A DNA stretch of 64,000 bases. Origin: an uncultured delta proteobacterium. Its GTDB lineage: Bacteria > Desulfobacterota > WTBG01 > CAIYCZ01. Both the position numbers and the translations under genes were made by a program. Within the stretch, counting starts at the first letter, position 1, and each line of letters begins with the position of its first letter. Below are positions 1 through 11,034 of the stretch, piece after piece. The DNA lies in the NCBI GenBank assembly GCA_963803975.1, contig CAWDOY010000048.1:32001-96000 (forward strand), read 5' to 3'. The notes under the pieces are model-generated. The model was not told the origin of the DNA and did not search any database. It saw only the letters and a program-made list of their open reading frames with translations.

Positions 1-1290
1 TTGGCGGGACATTCCAGGCATTTATTGTAAAACTTGATGCAAACCTCAGGACCATGCTTGCGGGTACGTTTTTTGGCGCTGATGAGCTTGATACGCAAGA
101 ACGCATTCTTTCTATGACTACTGACAGCAGCGAGAACATCTATGTGGCCGGGGAAACTCAGTCAGCCAATTTACCAGCAACCGCTGGTGCTTATGATAAG
201 ACCATAAACGACGGTACGGTTGGTCCCCGGGATGTTTTCATTGCCAAGTTTGACAGCAGCCTGGTCAATCTGCTGGCAAGCACGTTTCTGGGCGGAAGTG
301 ATTCGGACAGCCTTGGATATGATTATCCCCAGAAAACAGACAAGACCATTACTCTTGACAGCAGCGGCAATGTGTATGTAACAGGCACAACATACTCAGA
401 TAAGGATTTTCCCACAACACCCGGCGCATTCAGCACCACCCGGGAATATGGCGGGACGTTTGTTTCAAAGTTTGACAACAAGCTTGAGAAACTGCTGGCC
501 TCAACGTTTCTTTGTAATGGTTCCAGTCGCTCGATTGCAATTGACCGGGACGATAACGTTTATATTGCAGGTGATTCTGAATATGAATGCCCCACCTCAT
601 CTAATGCCTACCAGAAACCCGTGGATGAGTACGACAGCGCATACATCATCAAGCTTAACAAGGACCTGACAACCATGCGTGCCGCAACATTCCTGGGCGG
701 CAGCGACATTGATACAGCTCTTTCCATTGCAGTGGATAACAGCAACAACATATATATCACCGGCTGGACTGAATCGCTTGACTTTCCCACGTCTGAGGGG
801 GCCTATGACAGGAGTCTCAACTCCAGCGAAGGTGATGCAGGTGCTTTTGTGGCAAAGCTTGACAAAGACCTCTCATCCGGTGCCAGCACAACCACCACCA
901 TCAATGTGGAATGCCCGCTTAAGCTGTCCCTCGCCGCATTCAAGCCTTACGCCATTTTATGCGCTGCGTGATTTGCTGAACAAGTCACCCCAGGGGCAGC
1001 ACCTTGTCACCACCTACTATCAGCATGCACAGGAAATAAGCAACATTCTGCGCGCGCATCCTGAGCTGCAACAGAAGACCGGTGAATTTTTATCTGACAG
1101 TATACAGATTATCAATGCGTATAGTACTGGCGCTTGCGTTGCGGTAAGTGATGATAAGCTTGAAAGAGCACAAGCAATTATGATGGAAATATCGAACTAT
1201 GGATCAGTTTTATTGCGGAAAAACTTGAGACAAGTAATGGATGATCTCAAGACTGGTAAAATCATTAACTTTACTAATGGATTACACTAG
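1..1290 (+). CDS. SBBP-repeat beta-propeller surface protein with C-terminal CFI-box-CTERM-like domain (5' partial; frameshift near 930-960)
   Basis: Repeats 'D..GNVYVTG.T.S.DFPTT.GA...FVAKLD..L..LLASTFLGGS' in ORF 54..971, frame open to the window edge. Thr-rich linker, then 'LRDLLNKSPQGQHLVTTYYQHAQEI' in the frame ending 1290. Confidence 0.75.
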
Positions 1291-1394
1291 TTAAACTACA
1301 CACCCACAGGACAGGATAGCGGTACATCAGCATACGTCGCAATAACAAAGAATATGCACAAAAAAGCAGGGGGTATTTTTCAGACGCCGGCTAT

Positions 1395-2081
1395 TTAGTT
1401 ATGCCGGTGAAATATCTGCATGGAAACCAGCCAGGCAAGAAGAATCGCGGGAAACAGCTGCCCGATCAGCGCCTCAAGCATCACCAGCATCCGGGCAAGG
1501 GGGTGGACCGGGATGATATCGCCGTACCCTACCGTTGTCAGGGTCACAAAACTGAAATAGGTCAGGTCGCTGCGCATTTCACCGGCGGTATCCTGAGGGA
1601 TTGCCCCGGACTCGAGGAATGCCCCGGGCAGTGTCAGGGCAAGGATATGGTAGAGAAAGGCCCACATAAGGCCCAGAAGAAGATATACCGCTATTGCCCC
1701 CTGTATATGCCTGCCCGTTATGCGCCCCTCTTTGAAAATCAGCACCAGGATGATTACCGTGAGCAATCCGCAGCATATAAAACTTGCCAGGGCATCAAAA
1801 GCCAGCAGCACAGTATTCTCTGAAGACAATTTCGCAAAATTAAGAACAATAGCTGTCCCGATAAATGCGGATAAAACGGTCGTGAGAAACCGGCGTTTTA
1901 CAACCATCGCCACTCCGGAAACAAGTATCAGGGAAAACAGGACGGAATTTGCAAACCTGAATAGGTACCTATTGGAAAGCGGATAGAATATAAAAATACT
2001 CAGTACCAGGAAGATGAGTATCGAGGTCAGACACGTATCAGTTGACCAGAAGCGTTCGAGGGATGTTTTAAATTTCTTCAT
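1395..2081 (-). CDS. potassium channel family protein (Ion_trans_2)
   Basis: Multiple TM helices; selectivity filter TLTTVGYGDI. Confidence 0.9.
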   Translation of the reverse strand: MKKFKTSLERFWSTDTCLTSILIFLVLSIFIFYPLSNRYLFRFANSVLFSLILVSGVAMVVKRRFLTTVLSAFIGTAIVLNFAKLSSENTVLLAFDALASFICCGLLTVIILVLIFKEGRITGRHIQGAIAVYLLLGLMWAFLYHILALTLPGAFLESGAIPQDTAGEMRSDLTYFSFVTLTTVGYGDIIPVHPLARMLVMLEALIGQLFPAILLAWLVSMQIFHRHN

Positions 2082-3550
2082 GCAGCCGGCTTGCTGTTAT
2101 TTTGCAGGTGCTGAAGCCCCCGTTTGTTCAGCGGGGAAGAGTTGATGGTCATACGTTCAGCCTTTACAATCCAGCCGCCGCCCATGGCCTTGTAGAGGTT
2201 TATCAGTGCCCTGAACAGATCCCCGTGGGTCTGGGTGTAGGAAAGCTCCACATTAAACAGGGTGCGCTCGGCATCAAGCACCTCGATATAGCTGGTGTAG
2301 CCTTCGTCAAAGCGCAGGCGGGCTATACGGGCATAGTTGCGCAGCGACTCCACCTGGCGTGCCTGTGCCTGCAAACGCTCTCCGGTCTTTTGCTGATCGA
2401 TCAGCGCGTCATCGACCTCGCGGAATGCATTCTGGATAACCTGCTGGTAGCTGGCGAGTGTCTGCTGCTGGATGGCTTTTGCAGATGTGACCAGTCCGGC
2501 AATCCCGCCGGCAGTAAATATCGGAACTGATGACTGCACTGCATAACTCCAGATTTTCGATGGACCGGAGAACAGATCATTCAGGGCAGCGCTTGCTGCA
2601 CCCCAGTCTCCGGTGAGGGAAATGGTGGGGAAATACAGGGAGCGGGCAACGCCGATGCGCGCATTGGCTGCAATGAGGTCCTGCTCGGCCTGGAGTATGT
2701 CAGGGCGCCGCTCAAGGATAGCTGATGGCACACCAGCCGGAACCCCCGGCAGTACCAGCTGATCTATGTTCTTTCCCCGTGGAATCGCCCGGGGGTTCTG
2801 GCCAAGCAGGATACTCAGGGCATTTTCCTGCTGGGCGATGAGCTTCTCATACAACGGTACGGTTGCCAGCGCATCTTCATACTCTGATTTCACCTGGCTC
2901 AGCTCAAGCTCTGAGATAACCCCCTGATCGAATCTCATCGTGAACAGTTTATAGGATCCCTCGCGGGTTGTGGCTGTGTATTTTGTAATTTCAAGCTGAC
3001 GGTCAAGGGAGCGCAGCTCTATGTATGCATTTGCCACCGCAGTAACCAGGGTCAGAATGACTGTGCGCCGCCCTTCTTCTGAGCCTAAAAGTTCAGCGCA
3101 GGCTGCTTCTGTTGACCGGCGCAACCGGCCCCACACATCTATTTCCCAGCCCGCGGAAATAATCCCCTGATAGCCCCGGTGGATGGGGTCAATGGAAGGG
3201 GAGAGGGGGGCGTATCCTTTCTCAGTTACCCGCTCACGAAGAGCCCGTGCGTCCGCGCCCATTTGAGGAAACAGGTTTGACCGCGTTGAACCAAAGCGTC
3301 CGATGAATTCATCAACCCGCGCGGTGGCAATACGCAGGTCTTTATTTTCCTGAAGCGCAGTCTGAATTAACTGATTAAGAACTGGATCATTGAACTGTTC
3401 CCACCATGGGGTGTTGGTAAGGTCTCGTGTTTCTTTCACTTCAAAGCGCCACGCAACGGGCGTATCTATCTTGGGCCGGAAGTAATTCGGGCCGATCATG
3501 CAGCCTGAGCACGCAATTATTAAAAAGGGAAAAATAATAAGCCTGCGCAT
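2078..3550 (-). CDS. RND efflux outer-membrane lipoprotein (NodT/OprM family)
   Basis: Lipobox 'IACSGC'; WW..FNDP.L, WEIDVWGRLRR and RRPDI..AE motifs; likely ATG at 3550. Confidence 0.92.
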   Translation of the reverse strand: MRRLIIFPFLIIACSGCMIGPNYFRPKIDTPVAWRFEVKETRDLTNTPWWEQFNDPVLNQLIQTALQENKDLRIATARVDEFIGRFGSTRSNLFPQMGADARALRERVTEKGYAPLSPSIDPIHRGYQGIISAGWEIDVWGRLRRSTEAACAELLGSEEGRRTVILTLVTAVANAYIELRSLDRQLEITKYTATTREGSYKLFTMRFDQGVISELELSQVKSEYEDALATVPLYEKLIAQQENALSILLGQNPRAIPRGKNIDQLVLPGVPAGVPSAILERRPDILQAEQDLIAANARIGVARSLYFPTISLTGDWGAASAALNDLFSGPSKIWSYAVQSSVPIFTAGGIAGLVTSAKAIQQQTLASYQQVIQNAFREVDDALIDQQKTGERLQAQARQVESLRNYARIARLRFDEGYTSYIEVLDAERTLFNVELSYTQTHGDLFRALINLYKAMGGGWIVKAERMTINSSPLNKRGLQHLQNNSKPAA

Positions 3551-3551
3551 A

Positions 3552-6500
3552 TTAATGGCCCCCCTTCTGTGTCTGCTCACTGTGAGGTGTTCCTTTGTGT
3601 GAACGCTTCTCAACGACATAAAATGTAACCGGAATCAGGAAGATGGCAATGAAGCTTGCCGCCAGCATGCCGCCGATGACCGTGAAGCCCATGACCTGGC
3701 GGGACAGCGCACCGGCACCGCTCGATGTAGCCAGCGGCACGCAGCCGAGAATGAAGGCAAAGCTTGTCATCAGTATGGGCCGCAAGCGCAGGCGCGCGCC
3801 TTCAAGTGCAGCTTCCATGAGCGGCTTGCCCTGGTCGTAGCCCATCTTGGCAAATTCGACGATCAGGATGGCATTCTTTGCGGCAAGACCGATGAGCATG
3901 ACCAGGCCGATTTGCGCATAGATGTTGTTCTCAAATCTGCCGACCATAAGCCCGGCAAAAGCGCCAAAAATAGCGATTGGTGTGCCAAGCAACACGCTAA
4001 ACGGAAGTGCCCAGCTTTCGTACTGGGCTGCGAGGATGAGAAACACGCACAGGAGCGAGAAGCCGAAGATGACTAACGGCGATACGCCTTCCTGCGCCTG
4101 CTTTTCCTGGAAGCTCATGCCGAGGTAATCAAAGCCCATTTCGCGGGGCATGGTTTCTTTAAACACCTGTTCGAGCGCAGCCATGGCTTGCGCTGAGCTG
4201 TAGCCGGGCTTGGCAGAGGCGTTGATCTGTGCGCTGCGGTAGAGATTATAGCGCATGGTAAATTCCGGGCCTGCCGTGTTGCGCACATTGGTCAGGGCAG
4301 CAAGCGGCACCGTGGAGCCGTCGTCATTGCGCACGTAGAACTGGTTGAGGTACTCTGCCTTTGCGCGATAATCGCCCTCAGCCTGCACGTAAATCTGCCA
4401 CTGCCGGCCAAAGCGGTTGAAGTAGTTCACAAACACGCCGCCCATGAAGCACTGCAGCGTCTTATACACATCTGCCAGGTTTATGCCCTGCTTGAGCACC
4501 TTGTCGCGGTCCACATCAACAAACACCTGAGGCACGGTGGGAAGAAAGGTAGTGCTCACGCTTGCCAGCTCCGGCCGCTTCCGGGCTGCTTCGAGAAACG
4601 TTCTCACGTTGCCGGCGAGAAACGAGATGTCTTTACCTGCGCGGTCTTCGAGGATGAATGTCACGCCGCCTGCAGCGCCAATGCCGGGAATTGCCGGCGG
4701 TGAAAAGGCAAAGCCAATCGCGCCCGGAATATTTTTAAACTCACTGTTCAGGTGCGCCATGATGGCTTCGTATTTTTCATCGGGCTTTTTGCGCAGGGCC
4801 CACTCCTCCAGCGTGATGAAGAAAAAGCCGCTGTAGGTGTTCTGCACCTGGCTCAACATGCTGTAGCCGACAACAGATGAATAATACTTGACGCCGGGCG
4901 TTTTGCTCAGGATCTCCTCGGCCTGTTTCATGACGTCATTAGTGCGCTGCAGCGATGCCGCATCCGGCAGCTGCACGCCTGCATACATGTAGCCCTGGTC
5001 CTCCTCCGGCAAAAAGCTGGTTGGAATCCGTGAGCCCAGCAAACCGGTTAATACCGTCACACCCGCGAGCAGTATGAGGCTCATAAAACTCTTGCGGATG
5101 AGCAGCCCGCAGTATTTCACATAGCCGTCGGTTGCACGGCCAAAGACCCGGTTGAAGCCGTCAAAAAATCTCTGCAGCAGGCCGGAGCTTTTTTTCTTTG
5201 GCCTGAGAAGCAGGGCGGAAAGGGCAGGGCTCAGCGTGAGGGCATTGAATGCGGAAATGATGACCGACACGGCGATGGTCACGGCAAACTGCTGGTAGAG
5301 CCTGCCGGTAATGCCGGGGATGAACGCAGTCGGCACAAACACTGCTGCCAGTATGATGGCAATGGCAATGACCGGGCCGGACACTTCTTCCATTGCCTTG
5401 AGCGTGGCCTCCTTGGGCGTCATGCCGTGCTCGATGTGATGCTCAACTGCCTCCACCACCACGATGGCATCATCCACAACCAGGCCGATGGCCAGCACCA
5501 GCCCGAACAGCGACAGCGTATTGATTGAAAAACCAAACAGCGGGAAGAGCGCAAACGTGCCCACCAGCGAAACCGGCACTGCCAGCAGCGGGATGAGCGT
5601 TGCCCGCCATCCCTGGAGGAACAGAAACACCACGATAATAACCAGTATGAGCGCCTCATAGAGGGTCTTGATTATTTCATTGATGCCTTCGGTGACCGCA
5701 AGTGTTGTATCCAGCGCCACCACATAGTCCATATCCTGCGGGAAGTTCTGCTTGATCTGCTCCATCAGCTTTTTTGCCCCGTCAGCCGCATCGATGGCAT
5801 TGGAGCCGGGCAACTGATACAGTGCAATGAGAGCTGCAGGTTTGCCGTTGAGCCGGCCTTCCAGGTTGTACGTTTGAGCGCCGAGTTCAATCCGGGCAAC
5901 ATCTTTGAGGCGCACGATGGAACCGTCAGCTTGTGCGCGCAAGACCATGTTGCCGAATTCTTCCGTAGTTTGTAAACGTCCCAGCGCGCGGACCGCATAG
6001 GTGAATTCCTGTCCCTTTGGCACCGGTTCAGCGCCGATCTGCCCGGCAGGATTCACGGTGTTCTGTGCCTGTATGGCATTGACTATCTCGGGGATGGTAA
6101 TGTTGAGCTTGGCGAGCAGGTCAGGCTTCACCCAGAAGCGCATCGCATATTGGCCGGCCCCGAATATCGTAACGCTGGCAATGCCTTTAACGCGGGTCAT
6201 CTGGTCGTTTATATTGATGTAGGCATAGTTCGCGAGATAAATATTATCATAGGTGCCATTCGGCGAGAAGAGCGCGAACATGATGAGCGGCGCTACCGTT
6301 GACTTAACAACCGTGACGCCATAGTTGCGCACATCGGAAGGCAATTGGGACTCTGCCTGGCTCTGACGCATCTGTGCCAGTATCTGGTCGGTATTAGGAT
6401 CGGTATTAACGTCAAAGTTGACGCGCAGGGTCATCTGCCCGTTGTTGGCGTTGAGGGAGAACATGTAGTTCATATTGTCCACGCCGGACATCTGCTGCTC

Positions 6501-6695
6501 AATGGGGGTGGCAACAGACTGCTCGACGGTAACGGCATCCGCACCCACATAGGTGGTTTGTATCTGGATTTCAGGGGGGACAATGTTGGGGAACTGCGCG
6601 ATGGGCAGGCCCGACATCGCCACCAGCCCTATAATGACCATCAGAATGGAAATCACGATGGCCACGATGGGTCGGTTAATGAAGAATTTTGCCAT
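3552..6695 (-). CDS. RND efflux permease (HAE1/AcrB family)
   Basis: 1047 aa; FFINRPI start, GLVVDDAIVVVE, RLRPILMTS. Confidence 0.96.
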   Translation of the reverse strand: MAKFFINRPIVAIVISILMVIIGLVAMSGLPIAQFPNIVPPEIQIQTTYVGADAVTVEQSVATPIEQQMSGVDNMNYMFSLNANNGQMTLRVNFDVNTDPNTDQILAQMRQSQAESQLPSDVRNYGVTVVKSTVAPLIMFALFSPNGTYDNIYLANYAYININDQMTRVKGIASVTIFGAGQYAMRFWVKPDLLAKLNITIPEIVNAIQAQNTVNPAGQIGAEPVPKGQEFTYAVRALGRLQTTEEFGNMVLRAQADGSIVRLKDVARIELGAQTYNLEGRLNGKPAALIALYQLPGSNAIDAADGAKKLMEQIKQNFPQDMDYVVALDTTLAVTEGINEIIKTLYEALILVIIVVFLFLQGWRATLIPLLAVPVSLVGTFALFPLFGFSINTLSLFGLVLAIGLVVDDAIVVVEAVEHHIEHGMTPKEATLKAMEEVSGPVIAIAIILAAVFVPTAFIPGITGRLYQQFAVTIAVSVIISAFNALTLSPALSALLLRPKKKSSGLLQRFFDGFNRVFGRATDGYVKYCGLLIRKSFMSLILLAGVTVLTGLLGSRIPTSFLPEEDQGYMYAGVQLPDAASLQRTNDVMKQAEEILSKTPGVKYYSSVVGYSMLSQVQNTYSGFFFITLEEWALRKKPDEKYEAIMAHLNSEFKNIPGAIGFAFSPPAIPGIGAAGGVTFILEDRAGKDISFLAGNVRTFLEAARKRPELASVSTTFLPTVPQVFVDVDRDKVLKQGINLADVYKTLQCFMGGVFVNYFNRFGRQWQIYVQAEGDYRAKAEYLNQFYVRNDDGSTVPLAALTNVRNTAGPEFTMRYNLYRSAQINASAKPGYSSAQAMAALEQVFKETMPREMGFDYLGMSFQEKQAQEGVSPLVIFGFSLLCVFLILAAQYESWALPFSVLLGTPIAIFGAFAGLMVGRFENNIYAQIGLVMLIGLAAKNAILIVEFAKMGYDQGKPLMEAALEGARLRLRPILMTSFAFILGCVPLATSSGAGALSRQVMGFTVIGGMLAASFIAIFLIPVTFYVVEKRSHKGTPHSEQTQKGGH

Positions 6696-6700
6696 GGTGC

Positions 6701-7903
6701 CTACCTCTTCTCAGAATCTTTTGGTGCTGCAGGTGCAGTTTCAGCTTTTGCTGAGGCCTCAGAAGTCTTTGACACAACCAGCATGCCCTCTCTGACCTTC
6801 TGGATTCCTTCTGCGACGACGCGCTCTCCCGGCTTCAGACCTTCTGTTATAATCCAGAGTGAGCCAATTCGTTCAGCAACCTTTACCGGCCGGATACTTA
6901 CTTTGTTATCTGCACTGACTACTGCCACCTGGTAACTGCCCTGCTGCTCGGTAACTGCCCGCTGGGGAACCAGTAATGCGCCATTCCTGATTGCGGTTGC
7001 TGCCTTTATCCGGGCAAACTGTCCGGGCCGGAGTAAATTCCCTGGATTTGGAAAAATCGTGGCAACCCTGATGGTGCCGGTCTTCACATCCACCTGGCGG
7101 TCTGCAAAGGCAATTTCTCCTTTATGGGGATAGGTGCTTCCATCGGCAAGTATAAGCTCAAGGGCGATTTTCTGCTTTTCTGCTGACCCCTTCTGCATCG
7201 CTTTAATGTATTCCTGCTCGCTGATGGGAACATACGCTTTGATAGGATCAACGGTGGAAACCGTAGTTAACTCTTCAATCTGGCCGGAACCCACGAGGTC
7301 TCCAATCTGCGCTTTGGCAATCCCGGCAATGCCATCAAGGGGGGAGGTTATCCTGGTAAAACCAAGATCGAGTTTAGCCTTTTCAACCGCCGCCTGCGCT
7401 GAAAGCACTGCTGCATGTGTTGCCTGTTCAGATCCAACAGCATTATCGAGGTCCCGTTTACTGACAGCATTTTGCTCTGCGAGCGGCCTGATGCGCTTGA
7501 GGTTGGCCTTTGCTGTGTCCCACCCTGCCTGCTGCAGGCCGAGTTCTCCTTTGGACTGATCAAGCGTCGCCTGAAACGGCCGTGGGTCTATTTCAAACAA
7601 CACCTGGCCTTTTTTCACCAGATCGCCTTCTTTGTAGTTCTGCTTGATAAGGTAGCCGGTGACCTGCGCCCGGATGGTTGCATTCACCAGACCATCAGTG
7701 GTGCCGACCCATTCTGAATAAACCGGCACATCCTTCTGCACAACATCCACGACATCAACCTCTGGCGCCTGCGGCGCTGCTTTCTCCTCTTTAGCGCACC
7801 CTGTTGCAAAAATAACCAGCAGGCTCATGGCAAGCACCCTGCAGGTCAGAAAAAACGGCTTCAGGGCATTACTGCTCATTGTTTTTTGTGCAGCGTTATT
7901 CAT
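6701..7903 (-). CDS. RND efflux periplasmic adaptor (MFP)
   Basis: Lipobox ATGC; GQVLFEIDPRPFQA, I.SP.DG..G and NP...LRPGQF motifs. Confidence 0.93.
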   Translation of the reverse strand: MNNAAQKTMSSNALKPFFLTCRVLAMSLLVIFATGCAKEEKAAPQAPEVDVVDVVQKDVPVYSEWVGTTDGLVNATIRAQVTGYLIKQNYKEGDLVKKGQVLFEIDPRPFQATLDQSKGELGLQQAGWDTAKANLKRIRPLAEQNAVSKRDLDNAVGSEQATHAAVLSAQAAVEKAKLDLGFTRITSPLDGIAGIAKAQIGDLVGSGQIEELTTVSTVDPIKAYVPISEQEYIKAMQKGSAEKQKIALELILADGSTYPHKGEIAFADRQVDVKTGTIRVATIFPNPGNLLRPGQFARIKAATAIRNGALLVPQRAVTEQQGSYQVAVVSADNKVSIRPVKVAERIGSLWIITEGLKPGERVVAEGIQKVREGMLVVSKTSEASAKAETAPAAPKDSEKR

Positions 7904-8087
7904 GCTCGTTCTCCTGTAAACGTATGATTCTCGTTATATGTATTAAGAGCTTATAAAACAGGCAGGTGTAAATAATTTGTTTAAAGGGAAGTTAATTTTG
8001 GATATATTATTAAATAATATCAATCCATTGTCTATGGTAATTTTATATTTTAGAGAACCTGCTATCACAATAATATTGTTGCAGAAT

Positions 8088-8111
8088 GGCAGGGCCATTA
8101 CTGACCCTGCC
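8088..8111. terminator. hairpin, probable intrinsic terminator
   Basis: GGCAGGG-ccattactga-CCCTGCC; a related hairpin lies at 26270-26307. Confidence 0.5.
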
Positions 8112-8144
8112 TTAAATGTTTTTGTTTTGTCATTTTATACCTTA

Positions 8145-8812
8145 CTACTTGCTATGTACATCATCCAAAACAGTCCGCAGCCGCTGCGCCCAGAATTTAA
8201 ACGCTTCTTCAGCAGTCCCGAACTTGCTCATGCTGTCCAGCTTACCGCCCGACCTGCGGTCAACTCCCTCGGCGAGCACCTGGTTGGTTGATGAGTCGAG
8301 AACCGCAAACTCCATGCTGATTTCGCCTACTCCGGTACCTTTTCCTGTCACCCCGCTCTTTACGGTGCTGATTGCCAGACCCACCGGCAAAACCGTGGAT
8401 ACGGCGTTAATTGCACGGTTCGGCAGTTCCAGTTCTGTTATGGCCACCCTGAGGCGCATGACATTGGGGCCGAATTTGGCAGTCAGGGGATAGGCACTGC
8501 CCAGGGCATCTATAAATGCACGGCTGAAGGCATCTGACAGCTCTTTCATCTCGTCTGCATCAATGCCTTTGTCCGCTGCATCGTCCTTGAAATAAAACCG
8601 CACCTGGTCAAGCATTATTTTGTTGTATTGTTTGAAATCAACTCCCGGTTTTATGTAACGCATGGCTACGCCGCCTTCCGGGCCGGGCTCCAGCCTTGAA
8701 TAATCCTGGAGAAAACCGGAATATTCCTTTACCGTGAGTTTCTGTCCCGCACACCCGGCAGCCAGACACAGGCTGATTACAGCAAAGATAACAGTTTGAA
8801 TAAATTTTTCAT
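8145..8812 (-). CDS. DUF3313 family lipoprotein (frameshift near 8785)
   Basis: AAGGAG RBS, then MKNLFKLLS..., lipobox LAAGC; YSGFLQDYSRL and 'LRVAITE...E..VLDS.T.QVLA..VDRR' signatures. Confidence 0.75.
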
Positions 8813-8853
8813 AACAACTCCTTTCAGCTTATAAAATTGTTGATAACTGTTTG

Positions 8854-8916
8854 ATCTGGAACTCAGGAACTCATGAAGGTAAGAATAAAAATTTCCTGAT
8901 TTCTCGAGTTCCAGAT
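8854..8916. repeat. palindromic ATCTGGAACTC...GAGTTCCAGAT element, copy 1
   Basis: Inverted arms; same arms at 14047-14215 and 57012-57035. Confidence 0.7.
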
Positions 8917-8993
8917 TGAAATTTCTTTGCATATTTACAAGGAATATAGTCTTACCGATCAATCCCGATTCCCCGATTCACCCATTCACCGAA

Positions 8994-9251
8994 TTAACCC
9001 ATCACTTCCGCACCGAGCAGCACGCCTTTGGGCAGCTTTGGCGGCGCAGGCGAAATTTCGATATACTTGATGTTGCGCACGGGAATGATCAGCAGGCGTC
9101 CTTCAACTTCGGCCATGATGCGGTCGGCTTCAAGCGCCTTTTTTATCGTTGATGCAATCTCGATGGGATCGTTACCAGCCTGCCGCGGCCAGCGCAGCGT
9201 AAGTTTCGTCTTGTCCATGAAGTAGATGGTGCCATATACGGTTGTTTCCAT
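8994..9251 (-). CDS. small conserved hypothetical protein
   Basis: AAGGGAG RBS before METTVYG; 'IIPVRNIKYIEISPAPPKLP'. Confidence 0.6.
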   Translation of the reverse strand: METTVYGTIYFMDKTKLTLRWPRQAGNDPIEIASTIKKALEADRIMAEVEGRLLIIPVRNIKYIEISPAPPKLPKGVLLGAEVMG

Positions 9252-9330
9252 GTCTGGTCTCCCTTTGCTGTTCATCGTTCTATTTTGCGCGCCCCTCTGC
9301 GAGGCGGTTTAAAAACTATTCTGAGAATGG

Positions 9331-9813
9331 TTATTTGATCAGCGGTATTTTTGCGGCAAGCTCAAATCTAACCATCGCGTTAATCTTACTTTCAAGCTGC
9401 AGGTAGCGGGTGACCTTTTTGACCGGCAGCGTCTTGCGGAGCGTGCGAAAATAGAGCTCCTTGAGCTTCAGCTGGTCCCGCTCAATTGCCAGATATTCAT
9501 CAACCATTTTTACGGCATCCGGATCAGACAAATTCTTATAGTTCTTTGCGTAATCATCAATCAGTTTTATAAGACGGTCGTTTATCTTCTGCAGGTCAAA
9601 TTGATAGCTGTTATAATACGGCCAGAATTCTTTTCCTTCCGCTTCAGTCAGCTGCAGGTATTCTGCGATGTAAGCCTTTTTGTCCGCCTGAAGCGCATCT
9701 CTGAGGGCATCCATGCTGCCGGTCTGTTCTTCCGCCGTAACAGGCAATGCCGCCGGGATCAGCAGCATCAAGACTACTGCGGTCAACAATTTGGTTCTGC
9801 AGATTTTTATCAT
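9331..9813 (-). CDS. secreted helical protein, paralog of 46328..46813
   Basis: Signal peptide; 'ADKK......LTE.E.K.FWP.Y' and 'RYLQLE.KI.A...FELAA.IPL.K' shared with 46328..46813. Confidence 0.75.
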   Translation of the reverse strand: MIKICRTKLLTAVVLMLLIPAALPVTAEEQTGSMDALRDALQADKKAYIAEYLQLTEAEGKEFWPYYNSYQFDLQKINDRLIKLIDDYAKNYKNLSDPDAVKMVDEYLAIERDQLKLKELYFRTLRKTLPVKKVTRYLQLESKINAMVRFELAAKIPLIK

Positions 9814-9850
9814 AAAGGATTCTCCGGTTATCCAGTGCTCCCGGGCTCCA

Positions 9851-11004
9851 CTATTTTTTAAAGGGCGAGGCAACAATCACATAGGTTGTTTTGCCTTCAT
9901 CAGTGACTTTGCGGTAATACACCAGATCACGCTGATAGTAGGTGCGGCCCTCCACTTTTACCGCTACAGCATCTTTGGGCAGTTCAGACACCTCGATCCC
10001 AAAAGGGGGATTAACCACCACATAAACATTTTTTCCGTCGCGCTGTTTGATCATATAAAAGGTGCCGTCACTTACATAATAGTAGGTCTGGCCGTTTGCA
10101 GTGATGGTCTTGTATCCTGCCGGCAGCGCAGTCACTTCATGGCCAGCGGGTGTCGAGACTTTTACATAACCGGTCTCACCCTGGTTGGAGACCTGGGTGT
10201 ACCATTGACCGTCGCTCACATAATATGTGGTTGAGCTCACTACAACCGGAGCGGGTACTATAACAAATGTGGTAGCAGGGTAGTACCAGCGGTTATAGTA
10301 ATACGAGTTATCGTGATACCAGTCATCCCAGTCATCCCAGTAGTCATCATACCTGTCGTTGAGGTAATCCTGGCGATTTTCCTGGAGTCCTCGTGCGCCG
10401 GCATACTCGCCGAGGCTGGAGTCCTGGATATTCTGGCGGCGTTCCTCCCTGTTTGCGGGCCGGTCACCTTGACGTTCCTCGCGAGTTGCCTGGCGTTCAC
10501 CCTGGTTCTCGGTGCGGCCTGTTTGACGCTCTTCTTTGCTCGTATCCCGTTCGCCCTGGCGGGTGGTTCGTGTCCGTGGTCGCGCTCATCCTGCCGGGCG
10601 GTGCGCTCTGTAGTGCGTTCAGTTTGTCGTGTTGTCCTGTCAGTGGCGCCTGTCTCGCGCCTTCCCTGCAGCCCGGAAGTATCTGAGTTCCGCACCGAGC
10701 CGTAATCCCCGCGCTGCACGTCCCGGCTGCTCTGCCGTGAGTCGAATGAAGAGCGCTGCCCACTGCCCATGCTCCGGTCGCCTCCGTAGCCTCCCGACTG
10801 CCTGACCGATCCGTGTGATCCGCCGCCGGAAAACCCGCCGCGCGACCGCCGCCGCCGAAACCTCCTCCACCGCGGCCACCACCACCGCCTCTGCCACCCG
10901 CCACCACCTCTGCCACCGCCACCACGGGCATCAGCGTCATAAGCAAGGCAGAAAAGAAAAATGCCTGTAAATAATAACACCGAAATAAACATTATTTTTT
11001 TCAT
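9851..11004 (-). CDS. Gly-rich secreted protein with DUF6515-like Tyr-rich C-terminus (several frameshifts)
   Basis: Signal peptide ending ADARGGGG; Arg/Gln/Thr repeats; 'LPAGY.TI...GQTYYY..DG.FY....YVVVNPP'. Confidence 0.6.
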
Positions 11005-11034
11005 GGTTGTCTCCTCCCTTGTAAAAAGCGTGTT

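Noticed and set aside
10300..10930. GGC/GGT-rich and CCAGTCATC tandem repeats as a non-coding repeat array
   Set aside because: They encode Gly-rich and DWD low-complexity segments of the secreted protein.
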